Part shown: piece by piece, positions 25,443 through 38,995 of the stretch
Layout of the letters: every line of letters starts with the position of its first letter
Numbering within the stretch: the stretch's first letter is position 1
Assembly (NCBI GenBank): GCA_013239625.1
Contig: MU054575.1
Span: forward strand, 2,973,619-3,037,618
Direction of reading: 5' to 3'
DNA length: 64,000 bases
Source of the DNA: Lama guanicoe
Lineage: Eukaryota
The notes under the pieces: generated by a model
Seen by the model: only the letters and a program-made list of their open reading frames with translations
What the model was told of the DNA's origin: nothing
Databases searched by the model: none
Translations under genes and position numbers: made by a program

Positions 25443-26904
25443 CTGGGAGACACCCAATGTGGAGACTTCAGTATTTGTACTTTTCCAGTTTTGACTTCCA
25501 ACCAGGCAGCAGGAAGGCAAAAGGGAGGAAAAAAACAGCTGGAGATCTGTGCATAGGCTCTAAATCTGACCAGGGAAATTCTGAATCAGCCCTCCTCAAA
25601 CCTGCTCCTCCAAGAGCCCCAGTGCACCCTGGTGCACCCTGAGACAGACCCTTCACTCTCCCTTATCTTTTCTCCTCTCATCCCCACATCCTGGGTCCCA
25701 CACGTCCCTGAGTCCGACCAGGTCCCTCCCATGTATACCCTGAATCCACTTCTGCCTCTCCCTTGCTGCCACAGCTCTGGCTCAAGCCCACATCACTGAT
25801 CGTCCAGACTAAACTGAGCCTTCTAACTGCCTTACCTCTGGGTCCTCCCCTTCCAGTCTCCAGAGGCAGCCTAAATGCAAAGCGATTCACTTCCCTGACC
25901 TGCTCAACTGCACTGAGGGCCGTCCTCTGCACAAGAATATAACACAAGCTTCTCTGCAAGGCCTTTCTCAAACCGACCCCTGTCCATGTCTCCACAGGTG
26001 CTGACTCTGCACTCGGCCCCAGGCTGAGCACTTCACTTAGAAGTCACTGTATTCCCGCCTCACTGGTTTGCAGTGAGAATGCTCCCGTTTTACAGACAGG
26101 ATAACTAAGGCTGCCAAGTCACACAGCCACACATAATGGGGGATTCGACTAAGGTCGGTATGACTGCAAATGCTCTTAACCTCTGTAATCGAAAACCTTT
26201 AAAACAAATCCTCTCAACTTCTGTAGTGCAACAGTTGAATGCAAGCTCTGGAATCAGCCTGCCTGACCTCACATCCTGACCCGACCTGTGTTACCTTGGG
26301 CAAGTTACTTAGGCTCTTTATGTCTCAAGCCTCCTTAGACATAAAAGGAGAATTACAGTAACATACTTCACAGGGGTGGCATGAGCTTCAAAGGAATTAA
26401 CGTACCTCATGTGCTTTTACAGCCCTGTCTCAGCTCTCAGTGTTTCAGTAGTTCAGAAACAAGCCCAACTCTCCAGGGCTCCCGACTTCGCTAGAAGGGC
26501 TGCCCTTGGTCCTCACATCTCTTCCAGAAATGCTCCGCCCCCGCATCCACCTTAAATCCCATTGTTCTGCAAGCGCAGCTCGGGGACCACCTCCTCCAGC
26601 AAGCCACCCTCAACTTAATGCTCCCCAGGATCAGATGTTCCTCCTCCACGCTCCCACCGCACTGTCTCCACACATACACACACACAGCGTTAGCATGTCA
26701 CGCTGGAAGGGAACTGTTTACGCTTCCATCTGCCCCTTCTGCTCACACCCAGCCTCTAGGTGACCGTATCCATGACTCTGCCTCACTCGGGGCCTGGCAC
26801 AGAACAGCAACAAACATTTATCGGGTGGACGAGTAAGGAAGAGGGCTGAGAACACGCTGGGGATCGAACTGGGGAGAGAGACAGAATCTACGAGTCAAAG
26901 TTCA

Positions 26905-27651
<747 letters not shown>

Positions 27652-28659
27652 TCAGAGCCTGGTTATTAGCTTAGTAGCTTAAATACTGTAGCTTAAATAC
27701 TGACAGTATTTAAGTAGCTTCAATACTGACAGTACCTCTCCAGCGTCTACATGGGCTCTATTTAACCGGAGGAGCAAATTGAGATTCAGACTAGTTAGGT
27801 AACTTGCCCATGGTCACACAGCAGGGACGTGGAGAGGACTGAATCAGACAACTTGGTCTGGCTCCAAAGCCTGTACTTTAACCTCTGCCCCCAGGCTGCG
27901 AACCACTCAAAGCCTCGTTGCCCTCATCTGGAAAATGGAGATGGATGTCCTAATCTTAACCAGAATGTCTATTTGATGATAAAAAAAAAAAAAGAATCGT
28001 TTCCCTTTTCAGGTGTGATAGTGATGTTGTGGTTGTATTTTTTAAAAGAAGGCTTGTCTTGTCACAGAAGGTTTGGGCCAGAGGCCGTTGTAAATGAGCC
28101 AAGCTTGGCCTTGAGCTGGTAACTTTGAATCTGGGGGGAGACACTTTAGGACTCGCTGTTTCTGTTCTCTTCACTCTGGTGTGCTTGCCACTGTCCTTGG
28201 TAAAACTCGGGTTTAAGCAGGTAGGGGTGTTTCTACAGAAGCTGTGGGACTTAATCTAATCCATTATGCTGACGTGAAACCACCTCCAGAATGCTGCATT
28301 CTAGACCCACCGTTTTAAGAGAGAAACATGGATGCAGTGAACTGAGTACAGAGAAGGGACCAAAATGGTGAACGGGCAGGACCTTGAAGAGTGAATGAAG
28401 GAAACGAGAGGGAAAGATGCTGTCACCATCTAGAGATCTAAAGGATCTGGTCCCCTGCGAAGGGCGGGAGCACATTGGTTACCTGTGGGGTCTAGGGCTA
28501 AGCTAAGACCATAGGTAAGAATTTCAGGGAAGCAGATCAGGTGCTGAAACTTTCTAACTGAGCTTTCAACAGCAGGATGGCTCTCAGGAGAGGTGCTGAG
28601 TTCCCAAACATGGAGTATCCCAGCAGGGGCTTCATTTGACGGCTCCGCAGAGTAGATTT

Positions 28660-29760
28660 CATTCATTCGTTCATTCATTTATTCACTATTTAATGAGCAC
28701 CTGTTACGCGTCAAACACTCATCCAAGTATGGCAAATACATCAGTTATAAACATAAAACAATAATCCCTGCTTTTATGGACCTATCTTTCTGAGGGAGAG
28801 GGATGTGCCAAGAGACAGTCAATGTTTAAGAAGAAGCAAGTTCCATAGTATATTAGAAGTTGATAAGTCTTAATGGAGAAAAATAAAGCATGAGTTGGGA
28901 CGAAAGTGTTCCTTTTTAAACAGGATGGTGGGAAGGCCTCTCTGCTGAGATGGTATTTGAGTGGAGGCCCAGAGAAAATAGGGAATTAGCCTGGCAGATA
29001 CCTGGGGCGGGGGTATCCAAGGAAGAGCAGTCAAGGCTTAGGCTCTGGTACCTGGCCTGTTCCAGAAACAGCCAGGAAGCCAGAGTGGCAGATGTGCAGT
29101 GACTAAGGGGAAGCTCGTGACATCCGTGGGCTCAGGGAGGCAGAGGGGAGCACACAGCCCACCACCCTGTCAGCCTCTGTGGGGACTTCGGCTTTTTCTC
29201 TGAACAAAATGGGACACTCTTGGAGAGTTTCCCCAAATAGTGACATGACCTGACCTAAGTTTTAACAGGACCACTTGAGCCACTGTACAAAGAGGGAGGC
29301 AAGATGGAGGGCAGGGTGTTAGCCATGATCCAGGTGGAAGGTGGGGCGGCATGGGGGGATTTAGGTGGTTAGAGCTGGATCTCTTGGAGAGCAACCAGGG
29401 GGTTTGCCAATAGGTTGGCTGAGGGGTGGGAGAGAAGAGTCATAGGTGACTGAGATTTGTGGCCTGAGCACCTGGAAGGAGGCAATTGTGTGAGATGCAG
29501 GGGGCATGGGAGAAGCAGGCATGAGGGCAAGACCAAGAGCCTCTCTTAGGTTTCAAGGTACCTGTTTGACACGCAGGTGATGACGGCAGATAGACAGGTG
29601 GTTGTCATAGCCAAGCTCAGGCTGCAGGTGTGAACTTGGGAGTCATCAGTGGTGTTGAGAGCCTTTCTGCTCGAGCCAATCACCAGAGGAATGGCCATAG
29701 GTAAAGAGGAGGTTAGGTCCAAGGTCTAAACCCCAAGCACACCAATGGCAGAGGGAGGGG
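28660..29760 (-). mobile_element. L2 LINE fragment
   Basis: (TTCA)n terminus followed by TAATGAGCACCT and typical L2 3' sequence; approximate. Confidence 0.7.
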
Positions 29761-29959
29761 AAACCAGCCCAGGAGATCAAGAATTGGGAACAGCTGCTAA
29801 TGAGTGAGCTTTAAAGGGGTGCATTTTATGGTATGTAAATTAGAGCTCAATTTTTTTAAGTGGTTATTGAGAAATGCGCCTTCTGTTTTTGCACTAACGC
29901 ACTGTGCGCTTTACTGTTGAGCCCTCTCGAGAGACTCTGAACGCCTCTGTCCCTTGATG

Positions 29960-30350
29960 GGTTCCTCATCTGCTGCTGAGTACCAAATCACCCCAAAACT
30001 TCACAGCTTAACATAACTAGCGTTTATGACGTCCCACCACTTCTGACAGGAATGCCGGAGCAGCCCAGCCGGGCGCTTCTGGCTCCAGGTCGCTCATTTG
30101 CGTCAAGTGAGGGCTGTCAGCTGGGGCCGCCAAATCTGCTTCCAAGACCCCTCCCTTGGGGCTGGCAGGAGGCCTCCGAGCTCACAGCGTGCTGGCCCTA
30201 CAGCCGAGATGAGAGAGGGCCTTCAAGACAGCAGTACTCTCCTAGAACTTTCTCTCGGAAGTGCCATCCTGTCAGAGCTCCATGTGGGGGACAACACAGG
30301 GGTGCGAACACCAGGAGGCATGTTCATCAGGCCATCCTGGGGTCTGCTTC
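29960..30350 (-). mobile_element. MLT1-type (MaLR) LTR
   Basis: CAAATCACCCCAAAACTT...GCTTAACATAA and GGGTGCGAACACCAGGAGGCATG-like MLT1 motifs; approximate. Confidence 0.6.
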
Positions 30351-30655
30351 TGCATTTGGGTACCAAACAGAGCCTGAACTCAGTGGGCACTTAGTGGTCA
30401 AGAAATGGGTTAGTGGGTAGGTGATTCAGCTTCAGGCCCTTTTGGATGGTGTGACGAATGCATCTTGACGCTTGCAGTAACAACCAGTAACTCTAAGTGA
30501 TGTTCATGGAGTTGTGTTGGCCTAGATTCTTCCGCAGACGCATTGTGAGGTGGTGGTTTAAATCCGGTACCAGCGACAGTCACAGCACTCGCGCCCGTAG
30601 CATCATGAGGGGCAGTCTGCACACAGTAACACCCGTGTTTCTCTTCTTCCCTCAG

Positions 30656-30713
30656 CTTCCCTGTGGTCTGCTTCTCGAAGTTTCAGTTCACAGAGCGCTT
30701 CATTTCCACAAGG
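30656..30713 (+). CDS. MRPL21: MRPL21 exon 2 (58 nt): ASLWSASRSFSSQSASFPQG
   Basis: Pyrimidine tract + cag|C; donor AGG|GTAATA. Confidence 0.94.
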
Positions 30714-33318
30714 GTAATATCAAAATGTGGGTTTTGATGACTCTTTTTTCTATGTCTTTCCAAAGTCAAAACTTCATATGTTTGGGTTTTCAAAAATATT
30801 TGCATTTTCTTTCAACTCTTTTGATGATATTTTTCTTAGGTCCTTGACATATAGAAATACAGGTAGAACCTCAAGAGTCCAAGGACAGACGTGTTCTCGG
30901 CCTCGCATAGCTGTGTCTTTTTAACGAAAATCTTAACTTCTAATTGGAGATTTCTAACTGGGAAGGTCAAATCACAGAAAGGTTGTATCAGAATCTCTAG
31001 GAGAAACTTATGTAACTTGGAAGGGCATATTCATTGGTAAAATTTTGTCCTTATTTGTCCTTATTTTAAAAAAAAACCATAAAACTAGTACAAACCAAGG
31101 AAGGTAAATCTGACAGAATCACACTCAATGGGAATGTACAGGAGTGATACTGGGAGTGGTTCTGCCCCCGGGAAGCCGCCCTGGTCCCAGCCCGGCCCCG
31201 CCCTGGTCCCTGAGCCAGAGTTAAGGTTGTGTGCCCCCCTCCCCAAAGCTTTGTTTCCTCTTCGGCAAAATGGAAGCAATGTTAGCAGCTCTCTATGGGT
31301 TTCCGTGAGCCTCGAGTGAATCCCTACCTTTCAGGAGCTGAGCGCAGCTCCTGGCACGTGGTGAGCTGCGCACCCGAGATTCTCAGCAGTGGGAGACCCA
31401 GGGCTCTGTTGTTTCTCTAAAGGGGAAAGGGAAACCCTGAATTAAGACGGAGGCAGCAGACCTAGTGGGTGTTTCTGTGAACTTGGCTGAGTTTTCCTGT
31501 TGCCGCTGTAAGATCTTAGTAGCAGGTGCTCCGACACAGCGTGGCGGGGGGGAGGGGATTTAATGTAGAGGCCAGGTGACACCAAAACAGCCAGCGAGCC
31601 CCCGTGAGGAGGGGGCCCGCTCACTTCGCGGGCCTGGGCTCCGCACCAGCCATGACCATGACCGAGGCGCCTGGCCCTGGGGTGGGGTATTCCCTGTTTT
31701 TGTCCTGACCCAGCCCTGGAGTAGGACCAGCCCTTTGCTTTCAGCAACAACAGCTTCAAAGTGGTTCTTAATAATTTGATTTGAGCCCCACCGACCTCTC
31801 CCTTCTTTGTAGACTCCAGGAATTTGTGTCCAAAACAGGTCAGGGAGTTAGGGAGACCCACCCCCTTCTGTGTCCAGGCCCCCCTTCTTCTCCCACCCCT
31901 GCACCCACTCCGATCACATCAGCACATGGGGTGGGCAGACTGTTGATGATGGTGGGCCTCCTCTCCCCGACTCTGCCGCTGGGCCCCCTGCAGCCCCGGA
32001 GAGCAGGGGGTTTTACTCCCACTTTCTCGAAGAATCCAGGATGCAGAGTAGTTAAATCCCTGCCAAAGCCATGTGACTGGTCAGTGGCAGAGCTGGGGTG
32101 CAGACCTCTGCCTGCCTGCCTCCCCTGGGGCCTGAAGGAAGAGTTGGCCCCTCCATGGTGGGAGTTGGAGGCAGGGGTGACCAGGTGGGGAAGAACATGG
32201 GAAGGGGTCCCACTGGGCGAGAGGGAGGGGAAGGTATCAGCGCCCCGCTTTCTGGGCCCCTGGGTGCCAGGCGAGCGGGGAGAGCTTCTTGCTCTTGTGT
32301 TGAGGGTCGTGTAAGGAAGCGAGAGAGGGGTGGGGCGTCACAGCCCGGGCCTTGGGAGGAAGTGTGCCCCGAGGACACCGGGAGCCCAAGCCTTGTGGGC
32401 TGGGGCACAGCCTGGGATCCTCAGCTACTCCAGGGAGGGGCTCTTCTGGAACAGAATGCTTAGAATGCCTGTTTTGATTACTGGGTGATTAGCCTTTGTC
32501 GCACAGTATGCGTGGCCCTCCTAAGCGGATGCGTGGGAGCCTGTCCTCAGGATTACACCAAAGGCGGGGTCTGTGCTAGATAGTCATAGCCACCCAGGGG
32601 GCGAGCGTGACACTTCCCCGCCTGCATCTGGGCCTCCTGCACGTCTTCCTCACCATGACTGTCAGAGAGAAGAAACTTTCCTCGGCCTTTCTAGGATCTT
32701 CTGGCTAATCTAAGAGTTGAGCTGACAGGAGACAGGTTAACAGCAACACGCACACACGGGGGAGACCCAGGGAGAGACGAGTAACCCGTCAAAGTGCCCG
32801 CAGCCCTCGCCTTGAGCAGCGTCTCCAGCTAAAGACAGAGGATGTTGACGGCAGTGCTTTGGGACTTCAAGGGGAAGGCAGTTCACCTGGAGATGGAAAA
32901 GCAAACGCTTGGTAAATAAGTGTTTGCTGGGCCGCGCTGACGCGGGTCTCAGAGAGGCCTCCGTTCTTGGCAGCTGTCTGTGGTGATGCTGTGTTGCGGA
33001 GCAGGCCCTCCATCTCAGCCCTTTCAGGTGGTTGGGTGCAGACCCAGGCCGGCCTGCCTCCCGTTGGTCAGGATTTCTTTCTGAGTCTTTCGGGCCTTGA
33101 TTGTTTTCCACTGGAAGTAACCCACTTGCCACAGAGACAGCTGGGGCAGCAGATTCTGCTCCCCTGCCGACCACAAGGGCAGCAGCCCCACCAGCAACGT
33201 GAGCACCCGGGACACACTGGGCCCTCGTCCCCGCTAGTGTCCTGGGCACGGCCCTTGCTCAGGGATTTCGCACTGTCTCTTCACATGAGTGACCTGCATG
33301 CACCAAATATTTTTACAG

Positions 33319-33404
33319 ATACGTTCCTAAAACATCGCTGAGTTCTCCACCTTGGCCAGAGGTGGTTCTGCCTGACCCTGTTGAGGAGACCAGGCACCAT
33401 GCAG
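33319..33404 (+). CDS. MRPL21: MRPL21 exon 3 (86 nt): [28 protein letters not shown]
   Basis: Acceptor tttacag|A; donor CAG|GTAAGA. Confidence 0.96.
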
Positions 33405-33864
33405 GTAAGAGAGGCAGAAACTAGAGGGTGACACCCCTCCTCCCGCCACGGAGGTGGCCCCCTGGCCACACAACAAGGATCGCACTTTCTGGGTGCCCGA
33501 GACACGGCACGGTGTGAGCACTCAGGTTCACTAACCCAGCACTAGAATTCAAACCTACGCTCATTGAGCAAATCCTCCAAGAGCAGCAGCCGTGTTGCGG
33601 GCAGGTGATGCGGGCGGGGCGGGGGGGGCTGGGCCCAGCTCTGTCTTCCTGCCGCTGGTGAAAACGTGGGTTCAGGGAAGAGGAACAGCATACAGTCGTC
33701 AGTGGACCAGCCCTGTCCACGTGCTGGGCAGAGGGTGTGTCAGATGGAGCTCGTGTCATGGGGAGGGTGGTGTAGCTGCCATGTCCAGTGTCTCCAAGAG
33801 GGAGTGTGAGATCCTTAGCTTCCAAAAGTTGCAAATCCATAGTAATTTGTCCAGTCTTCCAGTT

Positions 33865-33990
33865 TGAGGTTTTTGGTTGGTTTGGTTTTTTGGTTTTTTT
33901 TTTTAATGGAAGTACTGAGGATTGAACCCAGGACCTTGTGCATAGTAAGCACATGCTCCACCACTATCTGTCTGCCACCACCCCCACCCC
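33865..33990 (-). mobile_element. tRNA-Ala-derived SINE (Vic-1-like)
   Basis: Reverse complement of the tRNA-Ala head with a T-rich tail on the left. Confidence 0.85.
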
Positions 33991-34649
33991 AGTTTTTTAC
34001 AATACTGATTTGGATTCTGTGCGAGATAAATAAAGCTTCGGGCCAGACTCCTCCCTGTTGACCCGGTGCAGCTGGGGTCTTACCTGTTTCCAGGGCGGAA
34101 CTGTGTCCTGTTGTCTCCACACGGCTGCCCCAGGCACGGCTGGGCAGGCTGGGACCTGAGGGGAGGCAGGGAGAGCGGAGCGGGGATCCCTAGTGGGCGG
34201 AGGCATGCAGGTGGACTCTCCCACCACGAGGTGGAATCCTAGGTTTTCCTTGTTTGCACAAAGGCCTCTCCTCTCGCTTCACCAGACCCCTGGCTCCTTA
34301 TTAGTAATAACTGGGAACCAAACATGGTGAAGGCTTCTCCACCGCAGAGCAGAGAAACAGGGCCAGGCGTGCCAGTGCCAGGCCGGAGGACCACAGGGGG
34401 CCACGTCTGGGGGCCTCCATCTGTAAGAGCCCCACGTGCCGAGGTGCCAGCCCTACTGGGGACAGTGGGCTCACCCTGTGCCGTGCACCAGGCCCACCCC
34501 GGGAGGGTGAGGAGGAGCCCCACACATGCCCTGCTGCCGCCCATTCCATGGCACTCGGAGTCGTGCGGCTGCAGGGAGCGGAGGGCACCGGGAGTGGGGA
34601 CGTCGCTGCCGCCTTCTGGTTGTGACCCTGACCGTCCTTCTCCCCACAG

Positions 34650-34813
34650 AGGTCGTGGGGAGGGTGAACGAGCTGATCACCACGGGCCAGTACGGCAGGC
34701 TCTTTGCTGTAGTGCACTTTGCCGGCCACCAGTGGAAGGTGACCTCTGAGGACCTGATTTTAATTGAAAACGAGTTAGACGTTGCTTGTGGAGAGAGGAT
34801 TCGGCTGGAGAAG
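34650..34813 (+). CDS. MRPL21: MRPL21 exon 4 (164 nt): [24 protein letters not shown]...GERIRLEK
   Basis: Acceptor cccacag|A; donor AAG|GTGAGA. Confidence 0.97.
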
Positions 34814-35406
34814 GTGAGACTGTCTGTTTCTTGTGTATTCGGGGACTTGGTCCCTGCTCTGCAGGGTCACCTCTGGGAAGATTTCCTCAAGGCGGAGGTG
34901 AAGGTGGCATCGTTCCCCAGGCTGCGGCGGGTGGCCCAGCGGGCGCGGGCAGGGCCAGGCGGTTGGGCAGAGCTGCACCACAGCCCCGAGGGCGGCCCTG
35001 ACTGGGATGGCCCTCCTTCCAGGGAGACACCAGCACACCTCCCATCTGTGGCTTTGTCTCACGTCTCCTTAGCACATCCTTACAGGAGAATAACTGATCA
35101 CAGATATTGAAAATCCCAGTTAAGGTTGTAAAGAGTTCTCACGCCCATATTTACAAGGAGAAAATGTTCAGTTTCAGCTGGAACCTCCCTCTGACGCTAG
35201 GTTTCTTTGACGGCTGCTGCTGGTTCTGAACAGAAAGTACTGGTTCAGAGGCTTGTCCCCGGGCGCTGGTCCCCTTACTGACTTTGGAGCTGCCTGGTCT
35301 GTCCTGCATACTTAGCTAAGTGTGTCTGCCCCCCAGTTTGCTGTGTTTATGGGTCCATTTGGTTTTTGCCTGTTGTTCTTCTGTTTATAAAATTATAGAT
35401 AAAAGT

Positions 35407-35560
35407 GGAGGAGGGTATAGCTCAGTGGTAGAGTGTGTGCTTAGCATGCACGAGGTCCTGGGTTCAGTCCCCAGTACCTCCATTAATTAATTAATTAATT
35501 GAACCTAATTACTCCCCCCTCCCAAAAAAAAACAAAATAAATAAAAAGCACAATAAAATG
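35407..35560 (+). mobile_element. tRNA-Ala-derived SINE (Vic-1-like)
   Basis: A box TAGCTCAGTGG, anticodon loop TTAGCAT, B box GGTTCAGTCC, CCTAATTAC-C-tract, A-rich tail. Confidence 0.9.
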
Positions 35561-36697
35561 TTTTAAGAAACTATTAAGAAAATACAAGATCTCTACACTG
35601 GATCATTTTTCTGGGACATATTTAACTGTTGATATAAGGTAATGTAACATTTGGTTTTCCTTATAATTTTAAACTCCCCCTTGCTTTGTGATCATGGAGT
35701 CTTCACACATTTCCATCCAGGGGAGCGTCAGCTTCTTACTTCTTAGGTGACCTCACGGTCTGTGACCCAAGCACAACCACTTGGCCCAGCCGCCAGCACA
35801 GCCATCCCCTTCCGGGCAACCCCAGTGGCTCCACCATGAGCTCCCGGACAAAAGCACATTTACTTTTTCCTCTAAAATAATCCAGAGACTCCTGGAGTGT
35901 ATTTGTGAGATTTCTAAAAATATCTTATTTTGAAACATCTCAATGCTAGCAAAAGCACGGGAAGCCCCACCCAAGGCAGATGGTGTTTCAGAACCTGGGG
36001 GACCAGCTGTGGAGAACGCGCCCTGCTGAGAGCCGCCGCACCGGTGTTTCATCACTGGTCGTCGCCCAGCAGGCACAGTGCACACGTGCTGTGGTAAAAC
36101 AGGCTTTGTCTTTGGTTATTCAAGTTTAGTACAGTCGAATTCTTTTCTGATCGGTAAAATTTCAGTCTCCCAGCGTGTCGCAGAGCACTACCGCGCTTGG
36201 AGCGCAGAGCTGTCCGCACCGAGGCCACGCTCAGCATCAGTTTCCCGGCAGCGGGAGTGGCTGCTTGGCCGTGTGGGATTTTCAGTTACTGAAAATACAC
36301 TTGAACCTAAATCTCTGCAGTGTCAGGAGGACTGTGAACTGCTTCAAAAAACACCACAGTCTGATTTGCACATTTTTCCCCTGTACGTATTATTACGTAT
36401 TCAGATAATAAAAGGTTTTTTAACAAAGCCACCGCTTCCATAGGAGGTTCCCCGCTTACCTGGAGGCGTGGTGGAGTCACACGCATCCTGGTCTGACAGC
36501 GCGGGTGTTTCCACAGGCAGCCCGGCGCCCCCACGCACCGCCGTGTCATCGGCCGGTGTCCCCTCTGTTCCGGGTTAAGGGAGCTGTTAGTTAGATGGCA
36601 GGTAACCAGCGCCTGTCTCGCTTCCCAGCGTGTTCAAGTCACTGCCTGTCCTAGCGGCTGTGGGCCGTTTGTTGGTAACGAGCCTGTTTGATTCCAG

Positions 36698-36750
36698 GTC
36701 CTGCTGGTTGGGGCCGACGACTTCACGCTGCTCGGCACGCCGCTCCTCGG
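36698..36750 (+). CDS. MRPL21: MRPL21 exon 5 (53 nt): VLLVGADDFTLLGTPLLG
   Basis: Acceptor attccag|G; donor CGG|GTAACG. Confidence 0.95.
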
Positions 36751-37127
36751 GTAACGGGCTCTCGGCTGCTGGGCCGGGGGGGCGGTGGGCGCCGGGGAGG
36801 CCGGGTGGAGGGGCTCCCACCACGCTCGCTGCCAACCCCAACTCACGGTGCTTACACTTCCTAATGGGGGTGCTTGGTGTCCCGAGTGGAGCGCACGGGT
36901 CTGTGACTGGCTCACTGTGGTTTGGCCCGCTTGAGATCTGCCGGGAGACCACACTGTTCTTTATTGTGCTTTTCTGTAGTTTTCACAGTGTTTGCAGGGA
37001 GGGCGTGTCGCCTTGATAACCAGCAGAAAAGAAAGTAAATCTTGATTCAGGAATTCTTACATAAAGCATTAGTAAAACTGAAAAGTAATCAAGACGGTGC
37101 ATCGCTGTTCACCTTCCTCCCTCCTAG

Positions 37128-37231
37128 AAAGGATCTTGTTCGAGTAGAAGCCACGGTCATTGAAAAGACAGAGTCATGGCCAAAAATCAGTATGAAGTTT
37201 AAGAAAAGGAAAAACTACAGAAAGAGAAGAA
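37128..37231 (+). CDS. MRPL21: MRPL21 exon 6 (104 nt): [34 protein letters not shown]
   Basis: Acceptor ctcctag|A; donor GAA|GTAAGT. Confidence 0.96.
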
Positions 37232-38995
37232 GTAAGTTGGAAAAAGCGTAGCTGGCTGCGTTCGGGTCCTGTCGGGGTGGCACCCCCACGTCCTGCACTG
37301 GGCCAGGCCAGGTCTGCCCTCTGCCTGGTGCTGCCAGGGGTTCGGGGCCACAGAGACCGGTCAGGGTGCTGCCCGTCTCCCGGCTCTGGTGGGGAGGGGC
37401 AGGCGGGGTCATCCTTAACCGCCCCAGCGTTTGTGGGGCCTCAGACAGGCTGCCAGGGGACCACTCGCCCCACAGGAACACACCACGTGGTAGCTTGGTC
37501 CATGCTGGAAAACCCAGCGGCACCGCACACGTCCGCCTCGGGAAGTGGACGGACACGTGGGAGATTCTCTCTCAGTGAGACAGTCTAGCAGGGCAGTGAT
37601 GGCCACCCTTCTCCGAGGCGCAAGTGAATCTTCGGTTACACACAGCCTGATGCCATGTTACACGACCTAAAGGTGGACAGAGCTTGGCCCTACACGGCCA
37701 GGCACGTGCCCGTGTCCACACACGCGTGCATGGTGCACGTCTCTTAAGGGAATAGTGATACACGCAGAATCCTGGGTGTGCCCCTCTGGGGAGGAGGGGC
37801 AGCAGGAGGAGGAAGGGATCGCGGGGTTCTTGTGCCAAGTTCACCTCCCTGTGGTGCTTCAGGCCTTTGTGTTTGTCCCTGAAGTAGAGGCGGGTGGGGC
37901 CAGTGCCCTTGGAAGGTGATTAAAGGGAAGAGATGGTGGCAGGAAGGGTGAGAGGTCAGGACTGTGCTGGGAGACACAGGCAGGGCTGATTTGTTTTAAG
38001 TTGTGAAAGAGGCTTTCAGAGGATGGAGGTAGGCTCCCCTGGAGCCTGAAGGAGGGGATCCCAGCAGAGGATGGCAGTCTGGACCCGCCTCCAGGGAGGC
38101 TGGGCAGAGGTGAGGCCTAAAGTCCAGTGGCCCCTGGAGGGTGTGGTTGTCAGGGCGTCTGGCTGGCAGGACAGCGAGGAGGGTGGTCTCCAGCCCAGGG
38201 AGTGAAAAGCCTGGGACGGGAGGCCCCTCCATCCTGTCCCCGAGCTGAAGGGGCGTGCGGTGCTGGTGGTTTAAAGAGCTGGTGACGGGCTTCACAGGTG
38301 GGGCTGCTGGGAAGGGAGAGGGGATGGAAGCAGGAAGGTGTGGGGTCAGAGGGCAGAGAGGTGAAGGGACAGAGCCCCTGTGTGGACCAGAGCAAGCTGC
38401 GTGATACTGGTTCTAGTGGTGGGGGTCACAGAACCGAAGCCACGGCAGGGGGCTGCAGGAGGGGCTGGCAGTGCCAGGAGGTGGAGCTGCAGGAGCAGTG
38501 AGTCTGAGGGGCGACTTCAGGGCAGAGGGAGTGCACGAGGGAGCAGAGGGGCCAGGTCAGTGGGAAGTGGATGGAGAGGGTGAGTTGGTCCACGCCGCAG
38601 AGGGGGCATGGTGGAAGGAGGTGGCTCGGGCGGGGACCAGAGGGGAGCGAGTGTCCTGAGTTGGGGCGGGAGACCCAGTGTCCCTGCCCAGCCTTGCGGG
38701 GTGGGCGCCAGGACCAGGGCGGGGGGTACCTGGGGTCAGGGGAAGCCAGCAGCTCTCAGTCTGGCCATCACTGCCCCCTTCCCGCTATCCTGTCCTGGAG
38801 GGAGTGCCTGGCTGCTCCGGGCCTGCGTCTCCCCGTTCTCCTCGACCCTGGGTGACCTTTTGTTCCCATCTAGGTGGGAACACAGGATGGAACAGAGCTG
38901 TCCCTGCGGGGGCTCCACTGGAAGTCACCGCCCCACAAAGTAGGGGCTCCCAGACCAGGACCTCACCAACTGTAGACTCCTATCTTGAGAAATGT

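Noticed and set aside
30430-30640. Possible intronic snoRNA upstream of MRPL21 exon 2
   Set aside because: No proper box C (RTGATGA) plus box D pair with terminal stem, and no H/ACA architecture.
35411-35482. Apparent tRNA-Ala(AGC) genes (also 44410-44480, 52789-52858, 58614-58684)
   Set aside because: Dispersed, mutually diverged copies with mismatched stems, A-rich SINE tails and TSDs; these are SINEs, not tRNA genes.
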